DNA of 64,000 bases from Marinilabiliaceae bacterium UBA5488 (GCA_002427105.1 DIPM01000005.1:5572-69571), one strand, 5' to 3'; positions 45,957 through 56,097 are shown, numbered from the stretch's first letter. Notes: generated from the sequence alone by a model not told the origin. Made by a program: numbers and translations.

Positions 45957-48900
45957 CTAATTATTATCCCCACTTGATGCTTCATCAACATCAATATTCA
46001 TAAACACGTACTCTTTCCTGACCTTCTTTTCCTTATCACGCTCTCCGTGTTTTGACATAATTCCGTACAGAACCGGTACCAAAACTAGAGTAACAACAGT
46101 AGAAACGATCAGACCTCCGATAATGACAATACCCATCGGACGCCACATCTCGGAGCCGGCACCAACACTTAAGGCCATGGGCAGCATACCCAAAATAGTT
46201 GTGCAAGCCGTCATCAAAACCGGACGGAGACGTGAAGCTCCCGAGAGGGCAATTGCTTCGCTAAGCTCATATCCCCTGTCGCGCATCAGGTTGGTGTAGT
46301 CAACAAGCACGATACCATTTTTCACAACTATACCGACCAGCATAATTGCACCCAAGGCGCCAATCATATCAAGGGAAACGCCCGTAATAAACAGCGCCAT
46401 AACAACTCCTGATATAGCAAATGGAACCGACATCATAATGATTAGAGGCTTGCCAAAGGACTCAAACTGCGAGGCCATTACTATATAAACCAATATAACT
46501 ATCAATAGCATCAATAAACCCATATCGGCAAAGGTCTCCTGCTGCTCCTCATAGTCGCCTGCAAGACGCAGAGTCACCCCCTGGGGCAACTGAATCGGAG
46601 CAATAACTTCTTCAATCTGCACGGCAAGTTCTCCTAAAGATGTTTTGTAGGGAGTTACCTTTACCGAAACCAGTCGCTGACGGCTCTTTCTTTCAATAGA
46701 AGGAGGAGTGAAATACTCTTCCACCACAGCAATCTCGCTAAGCTTAAGAACCCCACCGCTTGGTGTTGGAATAGAAAGGTTTTCAACAGCACTGATAGAG
46801 TTTCTATCATTCTCGGTTAACCTGACTAAAATAGCATGTTCATCGCCATCTTCTTTAAGAAAACCCGCCGTCATTCCTGTGACTCGATTATGAATATAAG
46901 AAGATACCGTTGCGGCATCCAATCCATGACGTGATAACTTCTCTTTATCCAAATCAATTTTAAGCTCGGCACGATCCTCATCGCGGCTGACTATAACATC
47001 ACGAGCTCCTTCAACATTTTCGGTGATAGTGCGACGAATAGTTTCTGCCAGGATATTGGTCTGATCGAAGTCATGACCATAAATATCAACATCAACAGTT
47101 GAAGCTGCACCACCCATACCGCTCGCCACAGAAGCTTGATAATCAATAATCTCGGGATACTGCCCCATCTCTCCTCTTAACACTTCCGCTATTTCAAATA
47201 TACTACGTTCACGTTCGGACTTATCAGAACATATAATAGTCATAGATATTTTATAATTCGACGTAGAGCTGAAAAGAGCAGAAAGACCTGCCTCGTCGTT
47301 AGAACCGGCAGAAGTGGCAATAAGCTCAATTTCGGGCGCCAACTCCATAAATCTGGCCTCCAGTGCACGCGAAGTTTTCAAAGTCTCCTCAATCCTGGTT
47401 CCTCTGTTAAGCTCGACAGTTACCGACACTCGCCCCATATCTGTCTGCTGCATAAAGTCAGTGCCTATCCATCCAAAAATCACGGGTAGCATACTAACAC
47501 CAAAAATCAGAAAAGCTATAAATACGGTACGCTTCTTCTTTTTCAGAGAAGCACGCAAGACTTTGGCATACCACTGGTCGAGCCGGTCGAAAGCACTAAC
47601 AACATGTTTGTCATACCAGGTCTTCTTTTCCTCTTCAAAGCCAAGCTCACCCTTCCTTCCAATAATGAGTTTTCTGGGTTTAAGCAAACGACTGCTCAAC
47701 ATCGGGGTTAAAGATATTGCCACAGCCAGAGAGGTTACAATTACCACAGTAACAATCCAACCCAGCTCTTTAAACATGATGCCTGCAATGCCTCCCAGCA
47801 TAGTTAAAGGTAAGAACACGGCCACAATAACAAGCGTTGATGCCAATACCGAAACCCAAACCTCATTGGTACCATAGATGGCAGCCTCCCTGGGGCTGGA
47901 GCCTCGCTCTATATGTTTCATAATATTCTCAAGCACCACAATGGCATCATCTACCACCATCCCAATAGCTATCGTAAGCGAAGAAAGAGAGATAATATTC
48001 AAAGAACTGTCGGCCACCGCCAGATACACAAAAGAAACAACCAGTGCGATTGGAATTGTTACCGCAATGATAAAGGTAGCCCTCCAGCGCCCTAAGAACA
48101 GCAATACTACTAAAACAACAAAAATAAGGGCTAAAAAAATGGTCTCTTCAAGACTGGAGATAGAATCTTTAATATCGTCGGCCGAGTCATAAATAACTGT
48201 TAGCTCCACGTCGGATGGAAGAATTTTCGATATTTTTTCCATCTCGGCTCGTACCTGCTTGCTAATCTCAACGGTATTGGCACCCGACTGTTTGGCTACC
48301 ATGATACGCACACCATCCCTGCTATTAATCTTCTCATCAAGAGTAAGATCCTTAATAGTGTCACGCACGCTGGCTATGTCGCGAACAAAGACCTGCTTGC
48401 CTTCAGAAGTAGTGGAAACAACAATATCGAGAATTTCAGAACTTTCGATATACTCACTCCTAACCTGCAACTGATATTGGTCTTTGGGCATCTTGATAGT
48501 CCCCGACGACATATTAAGGTTGTTCTTACTGATAGCCCCGCCTACTAATTCGAGCGGAATGGCATAAGCATCAAGCTTCTGCTGGTCAATATCAACATAT
48601 ACCAAACGCTCGGGTGTGCCCAGAAGGGAGATATTACCTATTCCATCAACCCTGTTGAGCTGAGGTATTACTACATCATTAAGCAGCTTATCCAGCCCCG
48701 CATAGCTTTCATTGGCAGTAACGGCATACTGCAAAATAGGCATCGAACTGGTACTGAACTTAAATATAAAGGGAGTCTTAGCACCTGATGGCAGATTGTC
48801 CTTTGCCATATCAATATATGAACGCACGTCATTAATCACCTCATCCAGGTTTATACCCCATTCCAATTCCAGGGTCACCATAGACAGGTGATCCTGGCTC

Positions 48901-49148
48901 CTGGAAGTAATCTCCTTCAATCCATCCACCGAGTTAAGGCTATTCTCAAGCAGCCTGGTAACATTTGTCTCAACCTCACTTGCATTAGCTCCCGGGTAGG
49001 AAGTCATTACCGAAATGTAAGGAGGCTCAATTTCAGGAAACTGATCAATAGGCAGCCTTTGCAAAGAAAAGACTCCGAGTACTATCACGGCTACAAACAC
49101 TAATACTGTAGTAACCGGCTTATTTATCGATGTTTTAAATATACTCAT
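45957..49148 (-). CDS. RND efflux transporter permease (AcrB/HAE1-like)
   Basis: 1063 aa with 12 TM and two large periplasmic loops. Conserved VVDDAIVVLEN and VVKNGIVLVD. Confidence 0.95.
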   Translation of the reverse strand: MSIFKTSINKPVTTVLVFVAVIVLGVFSLQRLPIDQFPEIEPPYISVMTSYPGANASEVETNVTRLLENSLNSVDGLKEITSRSQDHLSMVTLELEWGINLDEVINDVRSYIDMAKDNLPSGAKTPFIFKFSTSSMPILQYAVTANESYAGLDKLLNDVVIPQLNRVDGIGNISLLGTPERLVYVDIDQQKLDAYAIPLELVGGAISKNNLNMSSGTIKMPKDQYQLQVRSEYIESSEILDIVVSTTSEGKQVFVRDIASVRDTIKDLTLDEKINSRDGVRIMVAKQSGANTVEISKQVRAEMEKISKILPSDVELTVIYDSADDIKDSISSLEETIFLALIFVVLVVLLFLGRWRATFIIAVTIPIALVVSFVYLAVADSSLNIISLSSLTIAIGMVVDDAIVVLENIMKHIERGSSPREAAIYGTNEVWVSVLASTLVIVAVFLPLTMLGGIAGIMFKELGWIVTVVIVTSLAVAISLTPMLSSRLLKPRKLIIGRKGELGFEEEKKTWYDKHVVSAFDRLDQWYAKVLRASLKKKKRTVFIAFLIFGVSMLPVIFGWIGTDFMQQTDMGRVSVTVELNRGTRIEETLKTSRALEARFMELAPEIELIATSAGSNDEAGLSALFSSTSNYKISMTIICSDKSERERSIFEIAEVLRGEMGQYPEIIDYQASVASGMGGAASTVDVDIYGHDFDQTNILAETIRRTITENVEGARDVIVSRDEDRAELKIDLDKEKLSRHGLDAATVSSYIHNRVTGMTAGFLKEDGDEHAILVRLTENDRNSISAVENLSIPTPSGGVLKLSEIAVVEEYFTPPSIERKSRQRLVSVKVTPYKTSLGELAVQIEEVIAPIQLPQGVTLRLAGDYEEQQETFADMGLLMLLIVILVYIVMASQFESFGKPLIIMMSVPFAISGVVMALFITGVSLDMIGALGAIMLVGIVVKNGIVLVDYTNLMRDRGYELSEAIALSGASRLRPVLMTACTTILGMLPMALSVGAGSEMWRPMGIVIIGGLIVSTVVTLVLVPVLYGIMSKHGERDKEKKVRKEYVFMNIDVDEASSGDNN

Positions 49149-49242
49149 CTTAATTTATTTCAATTGTTGGGCACAGATAAGCAGGCAAGGACACAAAAGG
49201 ACGGCTTCAACAGTCACTAATCCTGCCCGATATACCTTTACT

Positions 49243-50259
49243 TTACTTTACTATATTCAACTTCACGCCATCAACCAGACGACCTTGTCCGACGACCACA
49301 GCCTCAACTCCTGCAACAATTTCGGGGGCGTGAACTTCAACCAAATCATCAACTCGTTTGCCCATAGTAACACTCACTCTTTTGGAATAACCATTATCAT
49401 TAATAAACATATAACGCTCGTTTGTACCAATCATTTTCAAGACAGACTGATAGGGAACCATCACGGCCTTAACAGCCTCAGTCTCCATAGTTGTCTGAAC
49501 ATACATCCCGGGGCGAAGCTTTCCGTTTTGATTTACAATTTTCAACTTGGCATTAAAGGTGTGAGTCGATGCATCAATTGTGGGATACACGATTTCAATA
49601 AGCGCATCAAAGCTTTCGTTTTTGTAAATATCAGAGCTCAGCCTAAGCTTCATACCTTCTTTCACATAAGGCACATAGCTTTCAGGGATGGCTATTAAGG
49701 CCTTCAGGAGGTGAGTCTGGGTAAGCTCAAGAATTGGAGGATTGCCGCCATAGAGTTCACCAACCTCATAATTTCTGGCTGATACAACTCCGCGAATAGG
49801 TGATTTCACAAAGGTATTGGATGTCAAAAAGTCCAAATTCTCTTTGGTCTGATCGTATGCAAGTTTAGTCTGATCATAAACCTGCTTTGCAACAGCACCT
49901 GTTTCGTTAAGCACCTTAACCCTGTCGTACTCAACGCCGGCATTTGAAAAAGCCAACTTCACATTATTAAGTTGCGTCTGATCCATGCGAACCAACAAAT
50001 CGCCGGGCTTTACCTGTGTTCCCACCTCGACATAAATATGTTCAATGATTCCGGTCTGTGATGGAGAAATATTAACCGTTTCATATCCTTCCAGAGTAGT
50101 TGAAATACTAATATCCCGTGCGATGGTAGTCTCCTCAAGCGACATTACTTTAACATTCTCAACGCGCTCTTCCTCAACTTCTTTAGAAGCTTTTCCACCG
50201 CAAGAGGCCATGGAAAATATAAGACTTGCAATAAGTATGTATCTGAATAAGCTGTTCAT
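49243..50259 (-). CDS. RND efflux periplasmic adaptor (MFP), lipoprotein
   Basis: 338 aa. The signal peptide ends in MASC. Lipoyl/beta-barrel pattern. Position in the operon fits. Confidence 0.88.
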   Translation of the reverse strand: MNSLFRYILIASLIFSMASCGGKASKEVEEERVENVKVMSLEETTIARDISISTTLEGYETVNISPSQTGIIEHIYVEVGTQVKPGDLLVRMDQTQLNNVKLAFSNAGVEYDRVKVLNETGAVAKQVYDQTKLAYDQTKENLDFLTSNTFVKSPIRGVVSARNYEVGELYGGNPPILELTQTHLLKALIAIPESYVPYVKEGMKLRLSSDIYKNESFDALIEIVYPTIDASTHTFNAKLKIVNQNGKLRPGMYVQTTMETEAVKAVMVPYQSVLKMIGTNERYMFINDNGYSKRVSVTMGKRVDDLVEVHAPEIVAGVEAVVVGQGRLVDGVKLNIVK

Positions 50260-50286
50260 AATTATATTGATTTTTTATTTTAAATA

Positions 50287-51576
50287 TTAGTTATTTCGGG
50301 TGTTTAGTAATTGCTCCAGTTCGATTTGTGCATTTACCAAATCAAGAAGAGACTGAACATAGGTGCTTTGAGCATTGATAAGTTCAGTGCCTGCATTGGT
50401 CAGATCAAGGCTTGACGACATACCTTGCTCGTATTTTTGCGACACATTGTTAAGCATACGTTGTACGACCACCAGGTTCTCCTTTTGAGTCTCGTAGTTT
50501 TCAAACGATGAGCTCAGATTGTAAGCCAACTGCCTGTGCTGAATAATCAGCGACTCACGTGCAGTATCATAGCTGTTAAGCTGTTTTTGATACCCAAGCT
50601 TTGCTTCCTCCAACCCTTTCATACGGCTCCAGCTTGAAAAAATCGGAACTTTCAAGCTCATGCCAAACATGTTAGGAGGAGTAGAATTCATCGTAGGCTC
50701 ATCGCTAAGAAATTCTTTTTTTGTATATGAGTAGAACGCGGTAAGTGATGGAGCAAACTCCCACTTCTTTAGCGATATCTGCTTTTTAGAGAGATTGAGG
50801 TTCTCCTGAAGTAGTTGATACGAAAAGTTATTATTAAGCATAAACTCACTATCTAAGAGGGCAACTGCATCGTTGACGCTTAAAAGCTCTTCAACACCCT
50901 GTGTCAGCTCCAGCTCAGTATTGACATCCAGTCCCAACTGAAGGCGCAGAGCATTGTAAACCATTTCGAGTGAGCGCTTTGCACTGTTCACGCCATTCTT
51001 CATTGAAGCCACTTGAACGGCGATGCGGTCGGCATCAGTCTGTTCGGATATTCCAACGGCAACGGAACTCTCAGTATAGGTTTTCATTTTCTCAAGGTTC
51101 ACCAGGTTCTTCTCCAGCAGCTCGACAGTTTGCCCCGTCACCAAGGCCGAAAAATAAAGCGTCTTGACCTGGTCAGCAACTTGCTGCTCAGTCTGTTTAT
51201 GCGTAATATCGGCCATATCGCCGGCAATCTTCTTCATCTGCACACCAACCACCTGGGCGCCGCTTAATGCAACAGCCGCGGTGGCTCCAAAAGTAATAGA
51301 GTTGGGCATCGAAATCTTAAACTCACCCAAATCCATTGAATAACCAAACATGTTTGTATAATCCGCTGTAAGACTAACTTGAGGCAGCATCGTAGCAAGT
51401 GCTTGCCAACGACTCGCCTCCGCAATTTTAATATCGAGCGAGGCGTTCTTCAACTCACGATTATGGTTCAGGGCAAAAGTCTGCGCTTCGCTAAGGCTGA
51501 GCTGCAGGCTATCCTGAGCCTTAAGCGCAGAGAAACTAATTACTGCTAAAAAAAGTACTAAAATTCTGTTTTGCAT
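50287..51576 (-). CDS. TolC-family outer membrane efflux protein
   Basis: From the ATG at 51576: MQNRILVLFLAVISFSALKAQ signal peptide, then a two-repeat TolC architecture. Confidence 0.85.
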   Translation of the reverse strand: MQNRILVLFLAVISFSALKAQDSLQLSLSEAQTFALNHNRELKNASLDIKIAEASRWQALATMLPQVSLTADYTNMFGYSMDLGEFKISMPNSITFGATAAVALSGAQVVGVQMKKIAGDMADITHKQTEQQVADQVKTLYFSALVTGQTVELLEKNLVNLEKMKTYTESSVAVGISEQTDADRIAVQVASMKNGVNSAKRSLEMVYNALRLQLGLDVNTELELTQGVEELLSVNDAVALLDSEFMLNNNFSYQLLQENLNLSKKQISLKKWEFAPSLTAFYSYTKKEFLSDEPTMNSTPPNMFGMSLKVPIFSSWSRMKGLEEAKLGYQKQLNSYDTARESLIIQHRQLAYNLSSSFENYETQKENLVVVQRMLNNVSQKYEQGMSSSLDLTNAGTELINAQSTYVQSLLDLVNAQIELEQLLNTRNN

Positions 51577-51679
51577 CTTTGCTAATTTGATTTTCCACAC
51601 ATCTATATAAAGTAATTCGAATGCAAATATCACTACAATTATCGCAATCCTAAAAACAATTCAAGGAAAGGCGGTTTGA

Positions 51680-51707
51680 TTTCAATAAACAAGCGTAATT
51701 TTTCAAT
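51680..51707. promoter_or_regulatory. Direct repeat TTTCAAT spaced exactly 21 bp (candidate LytTR response-regulator site)
   Basis: The repeats at 51680-51686 and 51701-51707 were read directly. They lie in the divergent intergenic region between the efflux operon and the LytS/LytTR genes. Confidence 0.3.
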
Positions 51708-51782
51708 CAATCAACATCTTGATATAAATCTTCTATTCGTTGAATAATCAGGCAAATAGACTAAAAATACATTTGAATCATC

Positions 51783-51790
51783 TACTTTTG
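51783..51790 (+). promoter_or_regulatory. -7 promoter box TACTTTTG
   Basis: Exact TAnnTTTG match 30 nt upstream of the GTG start at 51820. Confidence 0.5.
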
Positions 51791-51819
51791 TTGCTCAAAT
51801 AACTGAAATAAGGATTAAA

Positions 51820-52848
51820 GTGGATAAAACAAAATTCAACACGCTTATTAAGAAACTTCCCAACTATGCTTTATGGGTAATGCTATTCCTTTTTTACTTC
51901 GCCATTGGCGCACAGTTTAACTTCGTTCGGGGAACATATCAAGCCTTATTACTGACCTTCCTGCAGCTTACAGCATATTACGTCAACCTAAAATGTTTCA
52001 TGCCAAAATATTACGGCTCAAGTAAACGCCGTTATAATATTTTCTCGCTGCTCTTTGTACTAGGCCTTGCACTCTTTGGAGTCGCAATGGAAATTATCTA
52101 TGTCAAATTATTGCCCGAGTATGCACCTCCAAAACTACATCTTGCCGGAGCCTTTGCCTTCTCTTTAATTTTTGTATTGGTAGCATTTTGGGGCGGTATT
52201 ACCAAATTCTTAATTGGACGACAGGAAAAAACAAATACTGAGCTGGAAGCGCTTAGACGCGAAAATGCCGAAAGTGAACTGAAGTTTTTAAAAACCCAGA
52301 TAAATCCGCACTTCTTGTTTAATGCCCTTAACAACATATATTCGATGGCATACACGGGCGACAAGTCGACCCCTGAAAAGATAACCATGCTCTCGGATAT
52401 GCTGCGCTATGTGCTCTACGACTGCGAATCAGACTATATTTCTCTTTATAAGGAGATTGATTATATATCAAGCTTTCTGGAATTTCAGCAGTTGAAGACC
52501 GAAAATCGTCAAAACATTGAGTTTAACATCGGTTTATTCGATGAAAATTACCAAATTGCACCCATGTTTTTGGTCGGTTTTGTCGAAAATGCCTTTAAGC
52601 ACAGCAAAATTGAAAAAGACAAATCGGGCTTCGTTAGTATCTACCTATGGCAATCAAGCGAAAAGTTTTACTTCAGCGTAGAAAACAGCATGCCCGAGGT
52701 AGTTGCCATATCAAGCCAGATTAAACTGGGGGGAATAGGAATTGAAAATGCCAAAAGCAGACTGGCCTTAATGTATCCCAATAAGCACAAACTGCAAATC
52801 ACAAAAACAGATAACAGGCATAAGGTGGTTCTTGAACTTTACAAATAA
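51820..52848 (+). CDS. LytS/YehU-type sensor histidine kinase (membrane-bound)
   Basis: 342 aa with 4 N-terminal TMs. QINPHFLFNALN is the His_kinase (PF06580-type) motif. HATPase C-terminus. Confidence 0.85.
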   Translation: MDKTKFNTLIKKLPNYALWVMLFLFYFAIGAQFNFVRGTYQALLLTFLQLTAYYVNLKCFMPKYYGSSKRRYNIFSLLFVLGLALFGVAMEIIYVKLLPEYAPPKLHLAGAFAFSLIFVLVAFWGGITKFLIGRQEKTNTELEALRRENAESELKFLKTQINPHFLFNALNNIYSMAYTGDKSTPEKITMLSDMLRYVLYDCESDYISLYKEIDYISSFLEFQQLKTENRQNIEFNIGLFDENYQIAPMFLVGFVENAFKHSKIEKDKSGFVSIYLWQSSEKFYFSVENSMPEVVAISSQIKLGGIGIENAKSRLALMYPNKHKLQITKTDNRHKVVLELYK

Positions 52849-53615
52849 TGGCACAACAGGTTAAATTTAAGTGTATTGTAATAGATGATGAGTTTCTTGC
52901 CAGAAAACTGCTGGCCGACTACATTTCAAAAATTCCGCAATTTACCCTTGTCGCGTCTTTCGACTCCCCCATGGCTGCGATTGACACCATCGCAACCGGC
53001 GAAATAGACGTAGTTTTCACCGATATAGAAATGCCCGATATGTCGGGCATGGATTTTATCAAGAACATGTCGCCTCAAATGGTGCCCATTGTAGTCTTCG
53101 TTACTGCTTACCCTCAATATGCTGTTCAGGGCTTCGAAGTGAATGCGACAGAGTACCTGCTAAAACCTGTTTCTTTCACACGCTTTGTTAAGGCTGTAAA
53201 CAAAATCACTACCTATCTGACCTTCAGAAACAAACTCAAAGACCTCCCACGGGATGGAAAGCGACCGGCTCTTGAGCCAAAGAGTGATGAAAAGAATTTC
53301 ATAATAGTCAAATCGGATCGTAAGATTGTCAAACTTCTCCACAATGATATCTACTATATCGAAGGGGCACTTGAATATGTGACTTTTCATACCACAACGG
53401 GCAAAATAATGGGGCTTTTCTCCCTTCGCAACCTTGAACAAGAGCTGCCAAAGGAGAACTTTATGAGGATTCACAAATCATACATCGTTGCCCTGAACAA
53501 AATAACGGAGATACAGGGCAATCAGGTTACTGTCGACGGTAATCAGATAAGCGTAAGCAAGACTATTAAGCCGGCCCTTCTTGAGCACTTTTCGGGTTTA
53601 CATAATCATAAATAA
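52848..53615 (+). CDS. LytTR-family response regulator
   Basis: 255 aa. Receiver domain (VIDDE...DIEMPDMSG...KP) plus a LytTR C-terminus (IHKSYIV). TAATG overlap with the kinase gene. Confidence 0.9.
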   Translation: MAQQVKFKCIVIDDEFLARKLLADYISKIPQFTLVASFDSPMAAIDTIATGEIDVVFTDIEMPDMSGMDFIKNMSPQMVPIVVFVTAYPQYAVQGFEVNATEYLLKPVSFTRFVKAVNKITTYLTFRNKLKDLPRDGKRPALEPKSDEKNFIIVKSDRKIVKLLHNDIYYIEGALEYVTFHTTTGKIMGLFSLRNLEQELPKENFMRIHKSYIVALNKITEIQGNQVTVDGNQISVSKTIKPALLEHFSGLHNHK

Positions 53616-53649
53616 GTATTTATACACTTTTTTATTATGAATTAGGGGC

Positions 53650-53657
53650 TATTTTTG
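53650..53657 (+). promoter_or_regulatory. -7 promoter box TATTTTTG
   Basis: Exact TAnnTTTG match 52 nt upstream of the ATG at 53709. Confidence 0.5.
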
Positions 53658-53708
53658 CAAGTTGCTTTACAGCAAAGTAATTTGTAGAAATCGTACTAAA
53701 CTTTAATT

Positions 53709-54998
53709 ATGGGTAATAAATCGGAGAAAAGCGGGCTCTTGAATATTGGACAAGACTGGGCGTCCGTGGTGGCAGGGTTCTTAATGATAGCAATAATCTT
53801 ATTTGCCGGATATAATATACAGGTTCCATCGTTTGCCGGGAAAACCGGATGGGGAGATTTCTCATCACTTTTAGCTGGACTGTTTTCCTCACAACAAGCT
53901 CTTTCTGTTTCTGCAACTCTACTATTATTTTTGACCATCGCGATTATTGGGATAAAATTGAGCGGCGAACCACTAAAGCATTTCATCCCGGGGTTTATTA
54001 CACTTTTCGTTCTGGCTCTTGTTGCTCAGATAATCTCATCATTTACCGGCTTCAAAAACTATGGCCTTGAAACGGTAATCTTTTCGCTGGCTATCGGTTT
54101 GCTTATAGGAAACCTGACACAGCTGCCGTCCTGGATTCGTTCGGCACTGCATACAGAGCTGTATGTAAAAATAGGCTTGATTTTATTGGGCGGCACCATT
54201 TTGTTTGGCGACATCCTCAAGGCCGGTGGCCTGGGTATGATACAGGCCGTGGTAGTGGTGTTTGGCGTGTGGTACTTTGCTTTTTGGTTAGCCAAAAAAT
54301 TGAAAGTAGATGACGAATATGCCACACTACTGGCAAGTGCAGTGTCAATTTGCGGCGTGTCGGCAGCCATTGCAACGGCCGGCGCCATTAATGGCGACAA
54401 AAAGAAGCTTTCACTGGTGGTTTCGCTGGTGCTTATCGTAGCCGTCCCTATGATGGTATTTATGCCTATCCTGGCTCAATGGATAGGCCTCTCGGATGAA
54501 GTAACCGGAGCCTGGCTGGGAGGCACAATTGACACTACCGGTGCTGTTGTAGGCGCGGGAACTATTGCAGGCGAAACCGGGCTAAAGTATGCCACCATCA
54601 TAAAATTCTCACAAAACGTACTCCTTGGTGTTGCTGCTTTTGCCATATCCATATTCTGGGCCTACCGCAACAGGGATGGGGAGAAGCGCGAGCGGGTATC
54701 ATTGAGCGTACTATGGGAACGCTTTCCGAAATTCGTATTGGGATTTGTTGCGGTCTCAATAATCTACTCCTTTCTTCTGGATGCAGATACTGCCAGAGAA
54801 TCGGGCAAATTCCTTAAATCATTTAGCGGCTTTTGGTTCAATCTGGCTTTTATCAGCATAGGCCTGGAAACACGATTTGCCGATTTCAAAAAACTTGACA
54901 ACAAGGGTCCCGTAAATACCTTCTTGATTGCACAAGGCTTTAATATAATACTGACGCTGATTGTAGCCTATGTTCTATTTGAACTGATAGCTAAATAA
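53709..54998 (+). CDS. YeiH/UPF0324-family membrane protein (putative sulfate exporter family)
   Basis: 429 aa with about 11 TM. AVSICGVSAAIA is the typical YeiH motif. Confidence 0.7.
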   Translation: MGNKSEKSGLLNIGQDWASVVAGFLMIAIILFAGYNIQVPSFAGKTGWGDFSSLLAGLFSSQQALSVSATLLLFLTIAIIGIKLSGEPLKHFIPGFITLFVLALVAQIISSFTGFKNYGLETVIFSLAIGLLIGNLTQLPSWIRSALHTELYVKIGLILLGGTILFGDILKAGGLGMIQAVVVVFGVWYFAFWLAKKLKVDDEYATLLASAVSICGVSAAIATAGAINGDKKKLSLVVSLVLIVAVPMMVFMPILAQWIGLSDEVTGAWLGGTIDTTGAVVGAGTIAGETGLKYATIIKFSQNVLLGVAAFAISIFWAYRNRDGEKRERVSLSVLWERFPKFVLGFVAVSIIYSFLLDADTARESGKFLKSFSGFWFNLAFISIGLETRFADFKKLDNKGPVNTFLIAQGFNIILTLIVAYVLFELIAK

Positions 54999-55077
54999 AG
55001 CATAGGGAATCAGGATTTTATTAGGAATTAACCTCCCGTGGATGTTCCTTTTTTATAACTTGAGAAAAAAAAACTAA

Positions 55078-55902
55078 ATGGGGATATTCAACTGGGGTGG
55101 CAAAGGTGGTGAAGACAAGCTACAGCTAAAAAAGCTGGGACTTGCTCTTAGCGGAGGCAGCGCCCGGGGCCTTGCCCATATCGGAATTTTGAGGGCGCTT
55201 GAAGAAGCCAGTATTGTCCCGGATATAATTTCCGGAACCAGCATGGGTGCATTAGTGGGCGTCTTATATGCGGCAGGCCTGAGCCCGAATCAAATAAAAG
55301 ATACAGTAAACAAGGAACCCCTGCTGAAAATGGTAAGACCGGCCTGGGGTCAGCACGGCCTCTTCAAAGTTGGAGAATTACGAAAAGTGCTTGAGAAACA
55401 TATTCCGAAAGATGACTTTGGGTCCTTAAAAACTCCTTTCTATGTAGCCGTTTCAAATATTAACAAGGGTCATAAAGAAATTATCAGCGAAGGGTCTCTC
55501 TTCGATTATGTACTAGCCTCTTGTGCCGTTCCTGTAATTTTTGCTCCCATGGTTATTAATGGCACAACCTACATTGATGGTGCCCTCTACGACAACCTGC
55601 CCGCCGATGCTATACGCCCTCTTTGCAAAACCTTGATAGGGATTCATGTAAATTACATTGGTGAGCAAAAACAATTCACCAGTATTATAGATGTTGCAGG
55701 CCGGACTTTCAGCTTAAGCATCGGCGAAAACGTCCGTGCTGCCATGGAATCATGTGATTACCTGATAGATCCACCAGCAATAACAGATTTCTCACTTTGG
55801 GACTACGACAAGGCAGATGCCATAATAGAAACAGGCTATAGCTTCACCAAAGAATGGCTCGAACAGCACTCATCGCTATTATCCGACATTTCAAATCGCT
55901 AA
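55078..55902 (+). CDS. Patatin-like phospholipase
   Basis: GGSARG oxyanion motif, GTSMG (GxSxG) nucleophile and DGALYDN catalytic Asp. Confidence 0.9.
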   Translation: MGIFNWGGKGGEDKLQLKKLGLALSGGSARGLAHIGILRALEEASIVPDIISGTSMGALVGVLYAAGLSPNQIKDTVNKEPLLKMVRPAWGQHGLFKVGELRKVLEKHIPKDDFGSLKTPFYVAVSNINKGHKEIISEGSLFDYVLASCAVPVIFAPMVINGTTYIDGALYDNLPADAIRPLCKTLIGIHVNYIGEQKQFTSIIDVAGRTFSLSIGENVRAAMESCDYLIDPPAITDFSLWDYDKADAIIETGYSFTKEWLEQHSSLLSDISNR

Positions 55903-56064
55903 CTCAACAAATCATTAATCATTTAATCAATTCAACTTATTCAATCCCGAAACAGCTAATCACTTCTTTAAGTTGCCTTTGTAAACCAAGCGGCATAGCC
56001 GAGCGACAACTTCGTCGTTTCAATCTCTGTAGTCTCCTGACTACAAAAATAAAGAGCCCCCGCT

Positions 56065-56097
56065 GCCGCACGATTGCATCGTGTGGCTTATTTACAA
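56065..56097 (+). terminator. Intrinsic terminator-like hairpin 163 nt downstream of the patatin gene
   Basis: 10-bp stem gccgcacgat/atcgtgtggc (one G:U) with a triloop, followed by TTATTT. Confidence 0.55.

Noticed and set aside
47314-48474. Long antisense ORFs (up to 187 aa) opposite the RND pump gene.
   Set aside because: Same reasoning. The RND frame is continuous for 1063 aa with conserved motifs, and the antisense translations are Ser/Thr/Ile-rich noise.
55078-55902. The patatin-like phospholipase as a possible CBASS-type defence effector.
   Set aside because: No cyclase/nucleotidyltransferase, E1/E2-like or other signalling partner is adjacent. The neighbours are ordinary membrane proteins with their own promoters.
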